Assembly (NCBI GenBank): GCA_964202425.1
Contig: CAXNHY010000001.1
Span: forward strand, 1 to 45,310
DNA: 45,310 bases
Source: Microbacteriaceae bacterium MWH-Ta3
GTDB lineage: Bacteria; Actinomycetota; Actinomycetes; Actinomycetales; Microbacteriaceae
Reading direction: 5' to 3'
A program made the translations under genes and the position numbers. Each line of letters begins with the position of its first letter. The first letter of the stretch is position 1. Shown piece after piece: positions 28,183 to 36,979 of this stretch. The notes beneath the pieces are model-generated. The model was not told the DNA's origin and made no database searches. It saw nothing but the letters and a program-made list of their open reading frames with translations.

Positions 28183-29235
28183 CTAGCTGTGCCGTCCGCC
28201 GAGCGATCGATCGTCACCGCGGAGTTCTTTCGGCAACGAGAACATGAGGTCTTCGGTGGCGGTCGTGACCGTTTCGACGTGAGCAAACCCGGCTGGTCGA
28301 AGGTCGGCGAGCACCTCGTCGACGAGGTACTCCGGCACACTTGCACCTGACGTGAGGCCGATCGTCTCTACGCCCTCGAGCCACTCCTGCTTGATTTCAT
28401 TCGCGTAATCGATCAAGTACGACGCCTTTGCGCCGTGCTCTAGCGCAACCTCGACAAGCCTGACCGAATTGGACGAGTTCGTGCTTCCCACAACAATGAC
28501 GAGGTCACACGACGGCGCAATCTTCTTCACCGCAACCTGGCGGTTTTGGGTCGCGTAGCAAATGTCGTCGCTCGGAGGATCCTGAAGGTGAGGGAATCGG
28601 GCGCGAAGTCGGCGAACCGTTTCCATCGTCTCGTCGACAGACAGCGTCGTTTGAGAAAGCCAAATCAGTTTGTCCGTCTCTGGCACCACGACTGTGTCGG
28701 CGGAGTCAGGGTCGTTGACGAGTGTTGTTTGGTCAGGGGCGTGCCCCATTGTTCCTTCGACCTCTTCATGGCCTTCGTGGCCGACGAGAAGAATGTGGTA
28801 ATCCTGTCGGGAAAAACGCTCAGCCTCCCGATGAACTTTCGTGACGAGCGGGCAGGTTGCGTCAATCGCGTGAAGGTCCTTGGCGGCCGCATCGGCCTTG
28901 ACCTTCGGTGAAACACCGTGGGCGCTAAACACAAGGTTCGCACCCGTCGGGACCTCGTCAACCTCGTCTACGAAGATCGCACCCTGCTCAGTCAGAGTTG
29001 TGACAACTTCGACGTTGTGCACGATTTGCTTGCGGACGTACACCGGGGCGCCGTATTGCTCAAGAGCCTTTTCGACAGCGACGACCGCCCTGTCCACCCC
29101 TGCGCAATAACCGCGGGGTGCGGCGAGAATAATCTTCTTCTCGACACCCGTGACCGATTCAACGAGCGGCGTGGTGCGCGCGTCATGACGAAACCCCAGC
29201 GTCACTGAGGTCTTGCCGATGTTGACTGCGCCCAC
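28183..29235 (-). CDS. ispH: 4-hydroxy-3-methylbut-2-enyl diphosphate reductase
   Basis: [59 protein letters not shown]. Confidence 0.97.
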   Translation of the reverse strand: MGAVNIGKTSVTLGFRHDARTTPLVESVTGVEKKIILAAPRGYCAGVDRAVVAVEKALEQYGAPVYVRKQIVHNVEVVTTLTEQGAIFVDEVDEVPTGANLVFSAHGVSPKVKADAAAKDLHAIDATCPLVTKVHREAERFSRQDYHILLVGHEGHEEVEGTMGHAPDQTTLVNDPDSADTVVVPETDKLIWLSQTTLSVDETMETVRRLRARFPHLQDPPSDDICYATQNRQVAVKKIAPSCDLVIVVGSTNSSNSVRLVEVALEHGAKASYLIDYANEIKQEWLEGVETIGLTSGASVPEYLVDEVLADLRPAGFAHVETVTTATEDLMFSLPKELRGDDRSLGGRHS

Positions 29236-29244
29236 GGTTCCAGT

Positions 29245-30432
29245 CTAGGCAGATTGACGCGATGCGGGCTGACGACCGCCGGCGGCGCGGGCAAAGAACG
29301 CTGCAGCCAAGGTGGACCCTGCGAGGATCCAGAACATTGTCAAGAGGTCGCTTCCCTGGGCGATGACACCGAGAACCGGTGGCCCAACGAGGAATGCCAT
29401 GTACCCGGCAGACGCGACAAAGGAAACGCGCCTAGCTGCGTGTTCACCTTCCCCAGCAGCCGAGAGGAACAACGGGAAACCGAGCGCGACGCCAGCCCCC
29501 CACATAGCGGCACCAGCATAAGCAAGCAGAAGGTTGTCGCCGAGGATGACGAAGACGATCCCCACCGCGCCAACCGCGGCGAAAACCTGCAGCGTTCGGG
29601 CACGACCCAGACGGTCGCTAATCCAACCACCGGTGACTCGCGTGAGAATCATGGCAGCCATCAAGACCGCATAGGCAATGGCTCCACTCGTCCGCGACTC
29701 GTCGTAGTCGTCAACAATTGCCAATACAAGCCAGTCGTTTGAGGCGCCCTCGGCGAGCGTTATCGAAAAAATCCCCGCACCGAGCGCGAGAGCCAGCGGT
29801 GACTTCCACAGCGGAGTGGGTGCGGATGCCTCCCCTTGCTCGCGCTGGGTAGAACTCGATGCTGACGGCAGCGTTCGTGTAGCAATCACACCAACCGTTG
29901 TCGTTGCGATTGCAAGAATGATTAATTGCGCTACGAGTGGGAAATGAACAGTCGTCGCGATTGCCCCGATACCGACGCCGACAAACGTTCCGACAGACCA
30001 GCCAGCATGGAGCATCGGCATCACAGTTTTCCCCATGGACTGCTCGAGCGCTGCGCCGCTGACGTTGATGGCCACATCTGTTGCGGAACCGACGAGCCCG
30101 AGGAACAGGAATCCGAGAAAAAGTCCAACTGCCGACCCGACGGCGATTGCCAGTGCCTGCGCCAACACGGCAAAACCAGATGCCACAAAACCCCACAGGA
30201 CAATTGGTCGGATTCCAACGCGTTCGATAATCCGGCCAGCGAGAGCAAGTCCGCCGAGGGACCCGATGGCAAACCCGAGCAAGATGAATCCGATGCCAGC
30301 GGTGGTGGTGTCGACAGCGTCACGAACCTCTGGAAGTCGGGCAAGGAGTGACGCGTTGGTCAGACCGAGCATGGCAAAGAGGAGAAGGACTGCCCGATAC
30401 CAGCCGGAGAAGTTGTGACTTTTTTCGGTCAT
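29245..30432 (-). CDS. MFS transporter (YbjJ-like)
   Basis: About 12 TM segments; GRIIERVG, DVAINV, MPMLHAGWSVG, AEGASNDW, SDRLGR. Start ATG 30432. Confidence 0.87.
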   Translation of the reverse strand: MTEKSHNFSGWYRAVLLLFAMLGLTNASLLARLPEVRDAVDTTTAGIGFILLGFAIGSLGGLALAGRIIERVGIRPIVLWGFVASGFAVLAQALAIAVGSAVGLFLGFLFLGLVGSATDVAINVSGAALEQSMGKTVMPMLHAGWSVGTFVGVGIGAIATTVHFPLVAQLIILAIATTTVGVIATRTLPSASSSTQREQGEASAPTPLWKSPLALALGAGIFSITLAEGASNDWLVLAIVDDYDESRTSGAIAYAVLMAAMILTRVTGGWISDRLGRARTLQVFAAVGAVGIVFVILGDNLLLAYAGAAMWGAGVALGFPLFLSAAGEGEHAARRVSFVASAGYMAFLVGPPVLGVIAQGSDLLTMFWILAGSTLAAAFFARAAGGRQPASRQSA

Positions 30433-30436
30433 GCCT

Positions 30437-30961
30437 TTACCCACCCGCCGCAATGTCAGCAAACGACGACCACGAAAAATCACCAGACGGCCCCTTCACG
30501 ACAAGGGTGAAGTCGTTGCCCTCGCGGGGATCGGGAACGTGCAAACGCACAGTCGCATTCTCCGAAACCCACTCCACAATGAGTCCGTTCTCGTCCGAAT
30601 CCCACTCGTAGTGGCCATCGAACGCTTCGTGATTTCGACGAAGGTTCGCGAGTTTCAACGTTGCACGAGTGAGCGGTTCGTCGAGAGCCGCCACCGTGTC
30701 GAGACGTTCCCCGACAAGCGCCGACATTGTGAAGACAACGTGAACGTCGGTGAGCATCGCAATGACCCGGTCCATGAAATCATCGGCGTGGTCGAGGCTT
30801 GGCATCGCGTCGAGAACAATCGGGTCATCCTCAAACTGGGTGGCTTCCGCCATGACGAGGAGATCGTCCAGCAGTTCCGTGACGTCGCGAGAAGCATTCT
30901 TGAGTGCGCCGGTGTCGTCATACACAAACGTCAGTGGTCGCACCTCAACACCCCCTCGCAC
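30437..30961 (-). CDS. Hypothetical acidic soluble protein
   Basis: Fills the gap between the MFS gene and xseA with protein-like composition; no family recognised. Start uncertain (30961 or 30943). Confidence 0.6.
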   Translation of the reverse strand: MRGGVEVRPLTFVYDDTGALKNASRDVTELLDDLLVMAEATQFEDDPIVLDAMPSLDHADDFMDRVIAMLTDVHVVFTMSALVGERLDTVAALDEPLTRATLKLANLRRNHEAFDGHYEWDSDENGLIVEWVSENATVRLHVPDPREGNDFTLVVKGPSGDFSWSSFADIAAGG

Positions 30962-31013
30962 AGTGCTTCAACCGTATCGTGCGGTGGGCGAAACTCGCGG
31001 GTACGGTGGATTC

Positions 31014-32210
31014 ATGACCGCAGGACTGTCAGAAGAAGAGCCGCTCTCCATCAGCGCGGCGTCCGGCTTTGCGCGCCAGAAGATTTCGGCATGGGGCGAG
31101 TTTTGGCTCGAAGGTGAAATCGCTGAATGGCGGCCGTGGCAGTCCATCGTGTTCTTCACGCTTAAAGACGAAACAGCCAAGCTCGAAGGAAAACTCGACG
31201 CCTCTACTGTCGCTGCATCCGGTGAACAATTCGCCAGCGGCGACAAAGTCCGAATGTTCGGACGGTTCGACCTCTGGCCGAAGAACGGTGAAATCAAGTT
31301 CGTCGCGACCGCGGTTCGAAATAAGGGCCTCGGCGATTTCATCGTCTCGATCGAGAAACTGCGAGTTCAACTTCAGTCAGAGGGACTCTTCGACGAATCT
31401 CGCAAGGTCGCGCTGCCATATTTGCCTCTCGGGATTGGGCTCATCACATCTAAAGACTCCGACGCCGAGAAGGACGTCATCACGAACGCGCGACTTCGCT
31501 GGTCGGATGTGAAGTTCGTCACGATCCATACGGGCGTCTCGGGTGACGCCGCGGTCACCCAAATTCCCCGCGCTATTGCTGAACTCGACGCCAACCCTGA
31601 CGTTGACGTCATCATCATTGCCCGCGGAGGCGGTGCGTTCATGGAGCTTGTGGCCTTCAGCGACGAACGAATTGTTCGAGCTGCGGCCGCATGCGTGACA
31701 CCCATTGTCTCGGCGATTGGGCACGAAAATGACCGCCCGCTCCTCGACGATGTTGCCGACCTCCGTGCGTCGACACCGACCGACGCGGCTAAGCGGGTTG
31801 TTCCCGACGTCGCTGCAGAAATCAATGCCGTAACCCAACTCCAGGCCCGCGGTCGCTCAATTCTCACGACGACGCTCGCGCACGAGATTGACCGCATCAC
31901 GCAACTCGCATCGAGGCCCGTCATGACGAGCCCGCTCGCCTACATCGAGCGAGCGACCAGCGACCTCATCAATTACCGGCATCGCGGATTCACTCTGCTC
32001 GACTCAGCGATGCAAAGGGCAACCGATACAGTCCATCGACTCGCGTCACAACTGCGGACTCTCTCACCGCAAAACACCCTCGACCGTGGTTACGCGATTG
32101 TTCGCGACGCGGCGGGCTCCATCGTCTCCAAACGAGAAAAAGTTGAAGGAGGCGACACCGTCACTGTTCAAGTTTCTGATGGGTCGATTTCGGCGACTGT
32201 AACCGACTGA
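31014..32210 (+). CDS. xseA: Exodeoxyribonuclease VII large subunit
   Basis: WLEGEI, FFTLKD, IGLITS, DVIIIARGGG, PIVSAIGHEND, ASTPTDAA, LDRGYAIV. Start ATG 31014 is 6 nt after TACGGT. Confidence 0.95.
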   Translation: MTAGLSEEEPLSISAASGFARQKISAWGEFWLEGEIAEWRPWQSIVFFTLKDETAKLEGKLDASTVAASGEQFASGDKVRMFGRFDLWPKNGEIKFVATAVRNKGLGDFIVSIEKLRVQLQSEGLFDESRKVALPYLPLGIGLITSKDSDAEKDVITNARLRWSDVKFVTIHTGVSGDAAVTQIPRAIAELDANPDVDVIIIARGGGAFMELVAFSDERIVRAAAACVTPIVSAIGHENDRPLLDDVADLRASTPTDAAKRVVPDVAAEINAVTQLQARGRSILTTTLAHEIDRITQLASRPVMTSPLAYIERATSDLINYRHRGFTLLDSAMQRATDTVHRLASQLRTLSPQNTLDRGYAIVRDAAGSIVSKREKVEGGDTVTVQVSDGSISATVTD

Positions 32211-32226
32211 AAGGTATCGTTGAGAC

Positions 32227-32439
32227 ATGGCTGAGAAACTTCCCGACCCCGCGAGCATGAGCTATGAGGCTGCCCGCGACGAGTTGATGGCAATTGTGGC
32301 CACACTCGAAAAGGGGACGGCGTCTCTCGACGAATCCGTCACGCTCTGGGAGCGAGGCGAAGCGCTCTCACAGCGGTGTGAGGAGTGGCTGGTCGGTGCC
32401 CGCGCACGACTCGAGGCTGCTCGAAAGTCGGCAGAGTGA
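32227..32439 (+). CDS. xseB: Exodeoxyribonuclease VII small subunit
   Basis: [15 protein letters not shown]...LDESV.LWERG; follows xseA. Confidence 0.95.
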   Translation: MAEKLPDPASMSYEAARDELMAIVATLEKGTASLDESVTLWERGEALSQRCEEWLVGARARLEAARKSAE

Positions 32440-32996
32440 GCGACGCGCGAAGTCGCCGAAACCGCCAGAACACTCTCACACTTATCGGCGCGCTCGGAGC
32501 GTCACTCGCCATTGTTCTCCTGCTCGTTCTCATCACGGTTCGACCAGCAAACCTCGACAGGAACGAGGTCGACTGGGGCTCAGTGTGGACGACCGTTTCA
32601 GAGAACGAAAAGCTCGCTAACCCCGAGTTTGCTGAATCCGACGGCGACTGGTGGTCGAACCGCGCTGAACTCATTGGTGGTCAATACCCCCTCTGGTACA
32701 TCGGCTTCATTTCGCCGACGAACGGGTTTGTTGCTGTCGAACAATTCGAGGGAGACCCGGCGCCCGAAATCGCAGCCCAACTCGATGACGTCACCCCGAC
32801 TCAGGTCAATATAGGCGGTGAAACGTGGACCGTGTTTGACCGAAGCGAGATCGATGACGCCGGTAACCGAGCGACGATTTATCTCCTCAGTGACATTGGT
32901 GAAAGCGGTAATCTGATGGTGTCGGGTACAGCCCCGGTTTCGGAAGTTGAACTCGTTGCACTTCGCGCACTGCAATCCTTGGAGGCCTCACGATGA
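32436..32996 (+). CDS. DUF4245 domain membrane-anchored protein
   Basis: Single N-terminal TM, W.SN.A, WYIGFI.P, V.GTA...E motifs; usual position after xseB. GTG start overlaps the xseB TGA. Confidence 0.78.
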   Translation: MSDARSRRNRQNTLTLIGALGASLAIVLLLVLITVRPANLDRNEVDWGSVWTTVSENEKLANPEFAESDGDWWSNRAELIGGQYPLWYIGFISPTNGFVAVEQFEGDPAPEIAAQLDDVTPTQVNIGGETWTVFDRSEIDDAGNRATIYLLSDIGESGNLMVSGTAPVSEVELVALRALQSLEASR

Positions 32997-33634
32997 GCGA
33001 ATCACCCAGGACTCCGCGTGACGCATGGAAACTGTTGACGGACGGAAATCGTCGGTTCGTCACGGGCTCTCCGGCACACCCCAACCAGGACGGCGCCCAT
33101 CGAGACATCGTTGCCGATGGCCAGACCCCTTACGCCGCGCTGTTCGGCTGCTCAGACTCGCGCCTCGGGGCTGAAATCATCTTCGATGTCGGACTTGGTG
33201 AACTCTTTGTTGTCCGCAACGCAGGACAAACAATTTCACAGTCCGTTATCGGTTCACTCGAATACGCGGTGGCTGTCCTCAAAGTAAACCTCATTCTCGT
33301 CCTCGCCCACGACAGTTGTGGTGCGGTGAAGGCTGCCGTTGATTCTCGGCGAGAATTGGCGACACCTCTTCCGCCAAACATCAAGGCGCTCACGGACACC
33401 ATCCAACCAGCCATCAACCGCGTCATGATCAGTTATGCAACGACAAATATCGACGACATCAGCGTTGACGAAGTCGGTGAAGAGCACCTCCGCGACACGA
33501 TCGGCGAACTTTTGGGAACCAGTGAACTCATCGCAGAGGCTGTTGCCGCCGGAGAGGCTGCAGTTGTCGGAGCCACATACAACTTAAAGGAGGGCCACGT
33601 CGTGCCCTCTGTCGTCATTGGCGACATCGAATAA
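32993..33634 (+). CDS. Beta-class carbonic anhydrase
   Basis: [33 protein letters not shown] zinc ligands. Confidence 0.94.
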   Translation: MSESPRTPRDAWKLLTDGNRRFVTGSPAHPNQDGAHRDIVADGQTPYAALFGCSDSRLGAEIIFDVGLGELFVVRNAGQTISQSVIGSLEYAVAVLKVNLILVLAHDSCGAVKAAVDSRRELATPLPPNIKALTDTIQPAINRVMISYATTNIDDISVDEVGEEHLRDTIGELLGTSELIAEAVAAGEAAVVGATYNLKEGHVVPSVVIGDIE

Positions 33635-33647
33635 CGAGGAGAACCGC

Positions 33648-35045
33648 GTGAGCGAATATCGGATTGAACACGACACCATGGGCGAGGTGCGCGTGCCCAT
33701 CGACGCCCTTTACAGCGCTCAGACCCAACGCGCGGTCGAGAATTTCCCGATTTCGGGCAGCGGGCTGGAAGCGGCGCAGATCATCGCACTCGCCCAAATC
33801 AAGCGTGCAGCGGCGGTTGTCAATGAGCGGCTTGGAATCATTCCAGCAGATATTCGGGATGCCATTGTTGGCGCTGCCGACGACATCATCAACGGCAAGC
33901 ACCACGACCAATTCCCCGTCGACACCTACCAAACCGGTTCGGGCACGTCGTCGAACATGAACATGAACGAAGTACTCGCGAGCCTTGCAACGACACGTCG
34001 TGGCGACGCCGTTCACCCGAACGATCACGTCAACGCGTCACAGTCGTCGAACGATGTCTTTCCAACATCCGTTCACCTCGCGGTGACATCGGCGCTTCTC
34101 AACGACGCCCTTCCAGCCCTCGACCATCTCGCGAAGGCTCTTGATGCGAAAGCGTCCGCGTGGGCTGGGCACGTCAAGCCAGGTCGAACACACCTCATGG
34201 ATGCGACACCTGTCACCCTCGGTCAGGAATTCGGGGGTTACGCTCGCCAGATTCGACTGGGAATTGAACGGATCGAGTCGACGATTTCGCGAGTTGCCGA
34301 AGTCCCACTCGGTGGCACCGCAGTTGGAACCGGAATCAACACCCCTCGTGGCTTCTCTGCCGCCGTCATCGAAGAACTCGCCTCGACGACCAGCCTTCCC
34401 GTAAGTGAAGCGAAAGACCACTTCGAAGCGCAAAGCGCACGTGACGGACTCGTCGAAGCCTCCGGTGCACTCCGCGTGATTGCGGTGTCACTAACCAAGA
34501 TCTGCAACGACATCCGCTGGATGGGCTCAGGGCCCAACACGGGAATCGCCGAAATTCACATTCCCGACCTTCAGCCCGGATCATCAATCATGCCCGGCAA
34601 AGTCAACCCTGTCGTTCCCGAGGCAGTCCTCATGGTGTGTGCACGAATCATCGGAAACGATGCCACCATCGCGTGGGCAGGTGCATCGGGATCCTTTGAA
34701 CTCAACGTTGCTATCCCCGTCATGGGAACGTCACTCCTCGAGTCCATCCGATTGCTATCGAATTCCAGCCGAGTGCTCGCCGACAAGACCGTGACTGGGC
34801 TGGAAGCAAATGTGGAGCGTGCCGCAGCGCTCGCGGGAATGTCACCCAGCATCGTGACACCGCTCAACCGCATCATTGGATACGAAGCAGCCGCAAAAAT
34901 CGCGAAGCACTCGGTCAAGGCGGGAATCACCGTCAGAGACGCGGTCATCGAACTGGGCTATGTTGAGAGAGGGGACATCACCCTCGAACAATTGGACACC
35001 GCGCTCAATCTCTTGTCCATGACCAAACCAGGCGTAGCTGGCTAA
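33648..35045 (+). CDS. fumC: Class II fumarate hydratase
   Basis: [51 protein letters not shown]. Start GTG 33648 follows GAGGAG. Confidence 0.96.
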   Translation: MSEYRIEHDTMGEVRVPIDALYSAQTQRAVENFPISGSGLEAAQIIALAQIKRAAAVVNERLGIIPADIRDAIVGAADDIINGKHHDQFPVDTYQTGSGTSSNMNMNEVLASLATTRRGDAVHPNDHVNASQSSNDVFPTSVHLAVTSALLNDALPALDHLAKALDAKASAWAGHVKPGRTHLMDATPVTLGQEFGGYARQIRLGIERIESTISRVAEVPLGGTAVGTGINTPRGFSAAVIEELASTTSLPVSEAKDHFEAQSARDGLVEASGALRVIAVSLTKICNDIRWMGSGPNTGIAEIHIPDLQPGSSIMPGKVNPVVPEAVLMVCARIIGNDATIAWAGASGSFELNVAIPVMGTSLLESIRLLSNSSRVLADKTVTGLEANVERAAALAGMSPSIVTPLNRIIGYEAAAKIAKHSVKAGITVRDAVIELGYVERGDITLEQLDTALNLLSMTKPGVAG

Positions 35046-35059
35046 CGAAAGGCACCACC

Positions 35060-35863
35060 GTGGCACGAATTGAACGAACCATCGATCAGCAGATTAGTCG
35101 GCTCCGGGCTTACAACATCGTTGCCGGACTAGTCCACCTTCTTCAGGGGCTCGCGTTCCTCTTTGCGCTCACTCTGATCAGCTCCCCCGTCTTGTTCCCC
35201 GTCACGGTTGACTACATGACCGGCCCTCCCGGGGTGAACCTGCCAACTGAGCGGGTCGTGCTGTTCGAGGTAGACCTCGGTCTCGGCGTCGTCACATTCT
35301 TGTTCCTTTCTGCGTTCTTCCACTTCCTCATCTCGTCGCCTGGCGTCTTCCAGCGTTATGGCCGTGGGCTGAAAAACAATCACAACTACTTCCGATGGAC
35401 CGAGTACTCACTCAGCTCGTCAGTGATGATCTGGCTTATTGCCCAGCTCACGGGTAGTTCCGATTTCGGCGCGCTCTTCGGAATCTTCGCCGTCAACGCC
35501 TCAATGATCATGTTCGGTGCACTTCAGGAGAAGTACGAGAAGCCCGGAAACGGAAAACTCCTTCCTTTCATCTTCGGATGTATCACCGGAATCGTTCCCT
35601 GGCTCATCGTGCTCGTTTACACACTTCAGCCAGGATCGGAAAGTGCTGCTGAGGTTCCCGGATTCGTCATCGGAATCATCATCTCCCTCTTCCTCTTCTT
35701 CAACACCTTTGCGCTCAACCAGTGGCTCCAGTACAAGCAGGTCGGAGCGTGGAAGAGCTACATCCGCGGCGAGCGCATGTACATCACGCTGAGCCTCGTT
35801 GCCAAGAGCGTTCTCGCGTGGCAGGTGTTCTCCGGAGCACTCGTTCCACTCTTCGTCGACTAG
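35060..35863 (+). CDS. heR: Heliorhodopsin (HeR)
   Basis: Seven TM segments; helix A N...H..Q, helix B SAFFH, helix C RWTEYSLSSS, FG.LQE, FALNQ.LQY, GE..Y and retinal-binding LSLVAKS.LAW. Confidence 0.95.
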   Translation: MARIERTIDQQISRLRAYNIVAGLVHLLQGLAFLFALTLISSPVLFPVTVDYMTGPPGVNLPTERVVLFEVDLGLGVVTFLFLSAFFHFLISSPGVFQRYGRGLKNNHNYFRWTEYSLSSSVMIWLIAQLTGSSDFGALFGIFAVNASMIMFGALQEKYEKPGNGKLLPFIFGCITGIVPWLIVLVYTLQPGSESAAEVPGFVIGIIISLFLFFNTFALNQWLQYKQVGAWKSYIRGERMYITLSLVAKSVLAWQVFSGALVPLFVD

Positions 35864-35867
35864 TCGC

Positions 35868-36314
35868 ATGAGCTCGCGGTCCATTGGGTGGTGGCTTCGG
35901 GCTGCAGCTCGAACAGCCCTGGGTGTGGCTCTCACCTTCGCCGGGTGGAGCCACCTCACGTCCGCGCGCGCTGAATTTCAAGCGCAAGTTCCGCCGTGGG
36001 TTCCACTCGATGCTGACTTCGTTGTCCTCGCTTCGGGTGTCGTCGAAATTGCTCTCGGTCTTTCGCTGATTGTTCTCGTTCGGCTACAGAAGTGGGTTGG
36101 CCTCGCGACCGCACTATTCTTTATCGCGATTTTCCCAGGGAACATCTCGCAGTACGTCAACGGAATTGACGCATTTGGCCTCGACACGGACAACGCACGA
36201 TTCATTCGGCTATTCTTCCAGCCGGCGCTCGTCCTATGGGCATTGTGGTCGACTACCGCGTGGGCAATCTGGAGTCGTCGAACTCACGCCCGATCGCGCG
36301 GACCACAAGGCTAA
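35868..36314 (+). CDS. DoxX-like membrane protein
   Basis: AG..H......F...VP.W.P, SGVVEI..G, F.AIFPGNI, RL.FQP. Start ATG 35868, 4 nt after the HeR stop. Confidence 0.8.
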   Translation: MSSRSIGWWLRAAARTALGVALTFAGWSHLTSARAEFQAQVPPWVPLDADFVVLASGVVEIALGLSLIVLVRLQKWVGLATALFFIAIFPGNISQYVNGIDAFGLDTDNARFIRLFFQPALVLWALWSTTAWAIWSRRTHARSRGPQG

Positions 36315-36316
36315 TC

Positions 36317-36643
36317 GTGCGTTACATCATCTCTGTCATTGATTCGGAAAGCGGGACCGCGTCGGGAGATGAGTCCGTGGCAATCGATGAATTCAACGCA
36401 TTTCTCGAAGCGAACGGGCACTGGATCTTTGCGGCGGGAATTGGTGGCCCGTCAACAGCCACAGTCTTTGACAATCGAAACGGCGCACACAGCGAGACTC
36501 CCGGATCGTTTGTCACCGGTGACGAATTCATGAGTGGGTTCTGGCTGGTCAATGCGGACACCCTGGAGGTGGCGCGAAGTTTGGCAGAGGCAGGCTCGCG
36601 AGCCTGCAATCGGAAGGTCGAACTCAGACCGTTCCTTCACTGA
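36317..36643 (+). CDS. YciI/YCII-related protein
   Basis: MRYII.V, A.V.D.R, G.F....E.M.GFWLV, VELRP. Start GTG 36317, 2 nt after the previous stop. Confidence 0.82.
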   Translation: MRYIISVIDSESGTASGDESVAIDEFNAFLEANGHWIFAAGIGGPSTATVFDNRNGAHSETPGSFVTGDEFMSGFWLVNADTLEVARSLAEAGSRACNRKVELRPFLH

Positions 36644-36682
36644 TTGCCAAACTGTCTCGTTCAACTTAGTCGGGTTTATCGG

Positions 36683-36717
36683 TGGGTTCGTCACCTGACG
36701 AAAGGGATTTTCACCTC
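36683..36717. promoter_or_regulatory. Candidate regulator binding site, copy 1
   Basis: TGGGTT-c-GTCACC-N6-AAGGGA-TTTT-CACCTC; a similar sequence occurs at 39544-39579. Confidence 0.5.
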
Positions 36718-36790
36718 AAATTCCCTCGCGTCGAGCAATGCAGCGGTCACGCCTCACGTTGTGACACGATCGAAACTTTAGGCTAAATTT

Positions 36791-36976
36791 GTGGCCGACA
36801 ATTACGGGGATGACCTTCGCGAATCGCTTCGACAGTTCAAAGAACACTTGTCTCTCAGCAGCGGTGCGCTAGAGCCAAGGTCTCCCCCGGTCAAGACGAC
36901 GAGTGCTGTGTCGGCCGAACAGTTGCAGCAGAAGGAAGGCGTCCCCTACTTTGTCTCAATTCCCGATCGCGCATAA
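36791..36976 (+). CDS. Small hypothetical protein (61 aa), probably leaderless
   Basis: TAGGCT-N6-GTG matches the leaderless pattern of core genes in this window; the stop lies 3 nt from the convergent kinase stop. Confidence 0.5.
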   Translation: MADNYGDDLRESLRQFKEHLSLSSGALEPRSPPVKTTSAVSAEQLQQKEGVPYFVSIPDRA

Positions 36977-36979
36977 GTC

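Noticed and set aside
32993-35863. Functional link between carbonic anhydrase and heliorhodopsin (light-driven carbon handling)
   Set aside because: xseAB-DUF4245-carbonic anhydrase-fumC looks like core synteny, so proximity alone is not evidence. Only the tighter fumC-HeR-DoxX-YciI coupling is reported.
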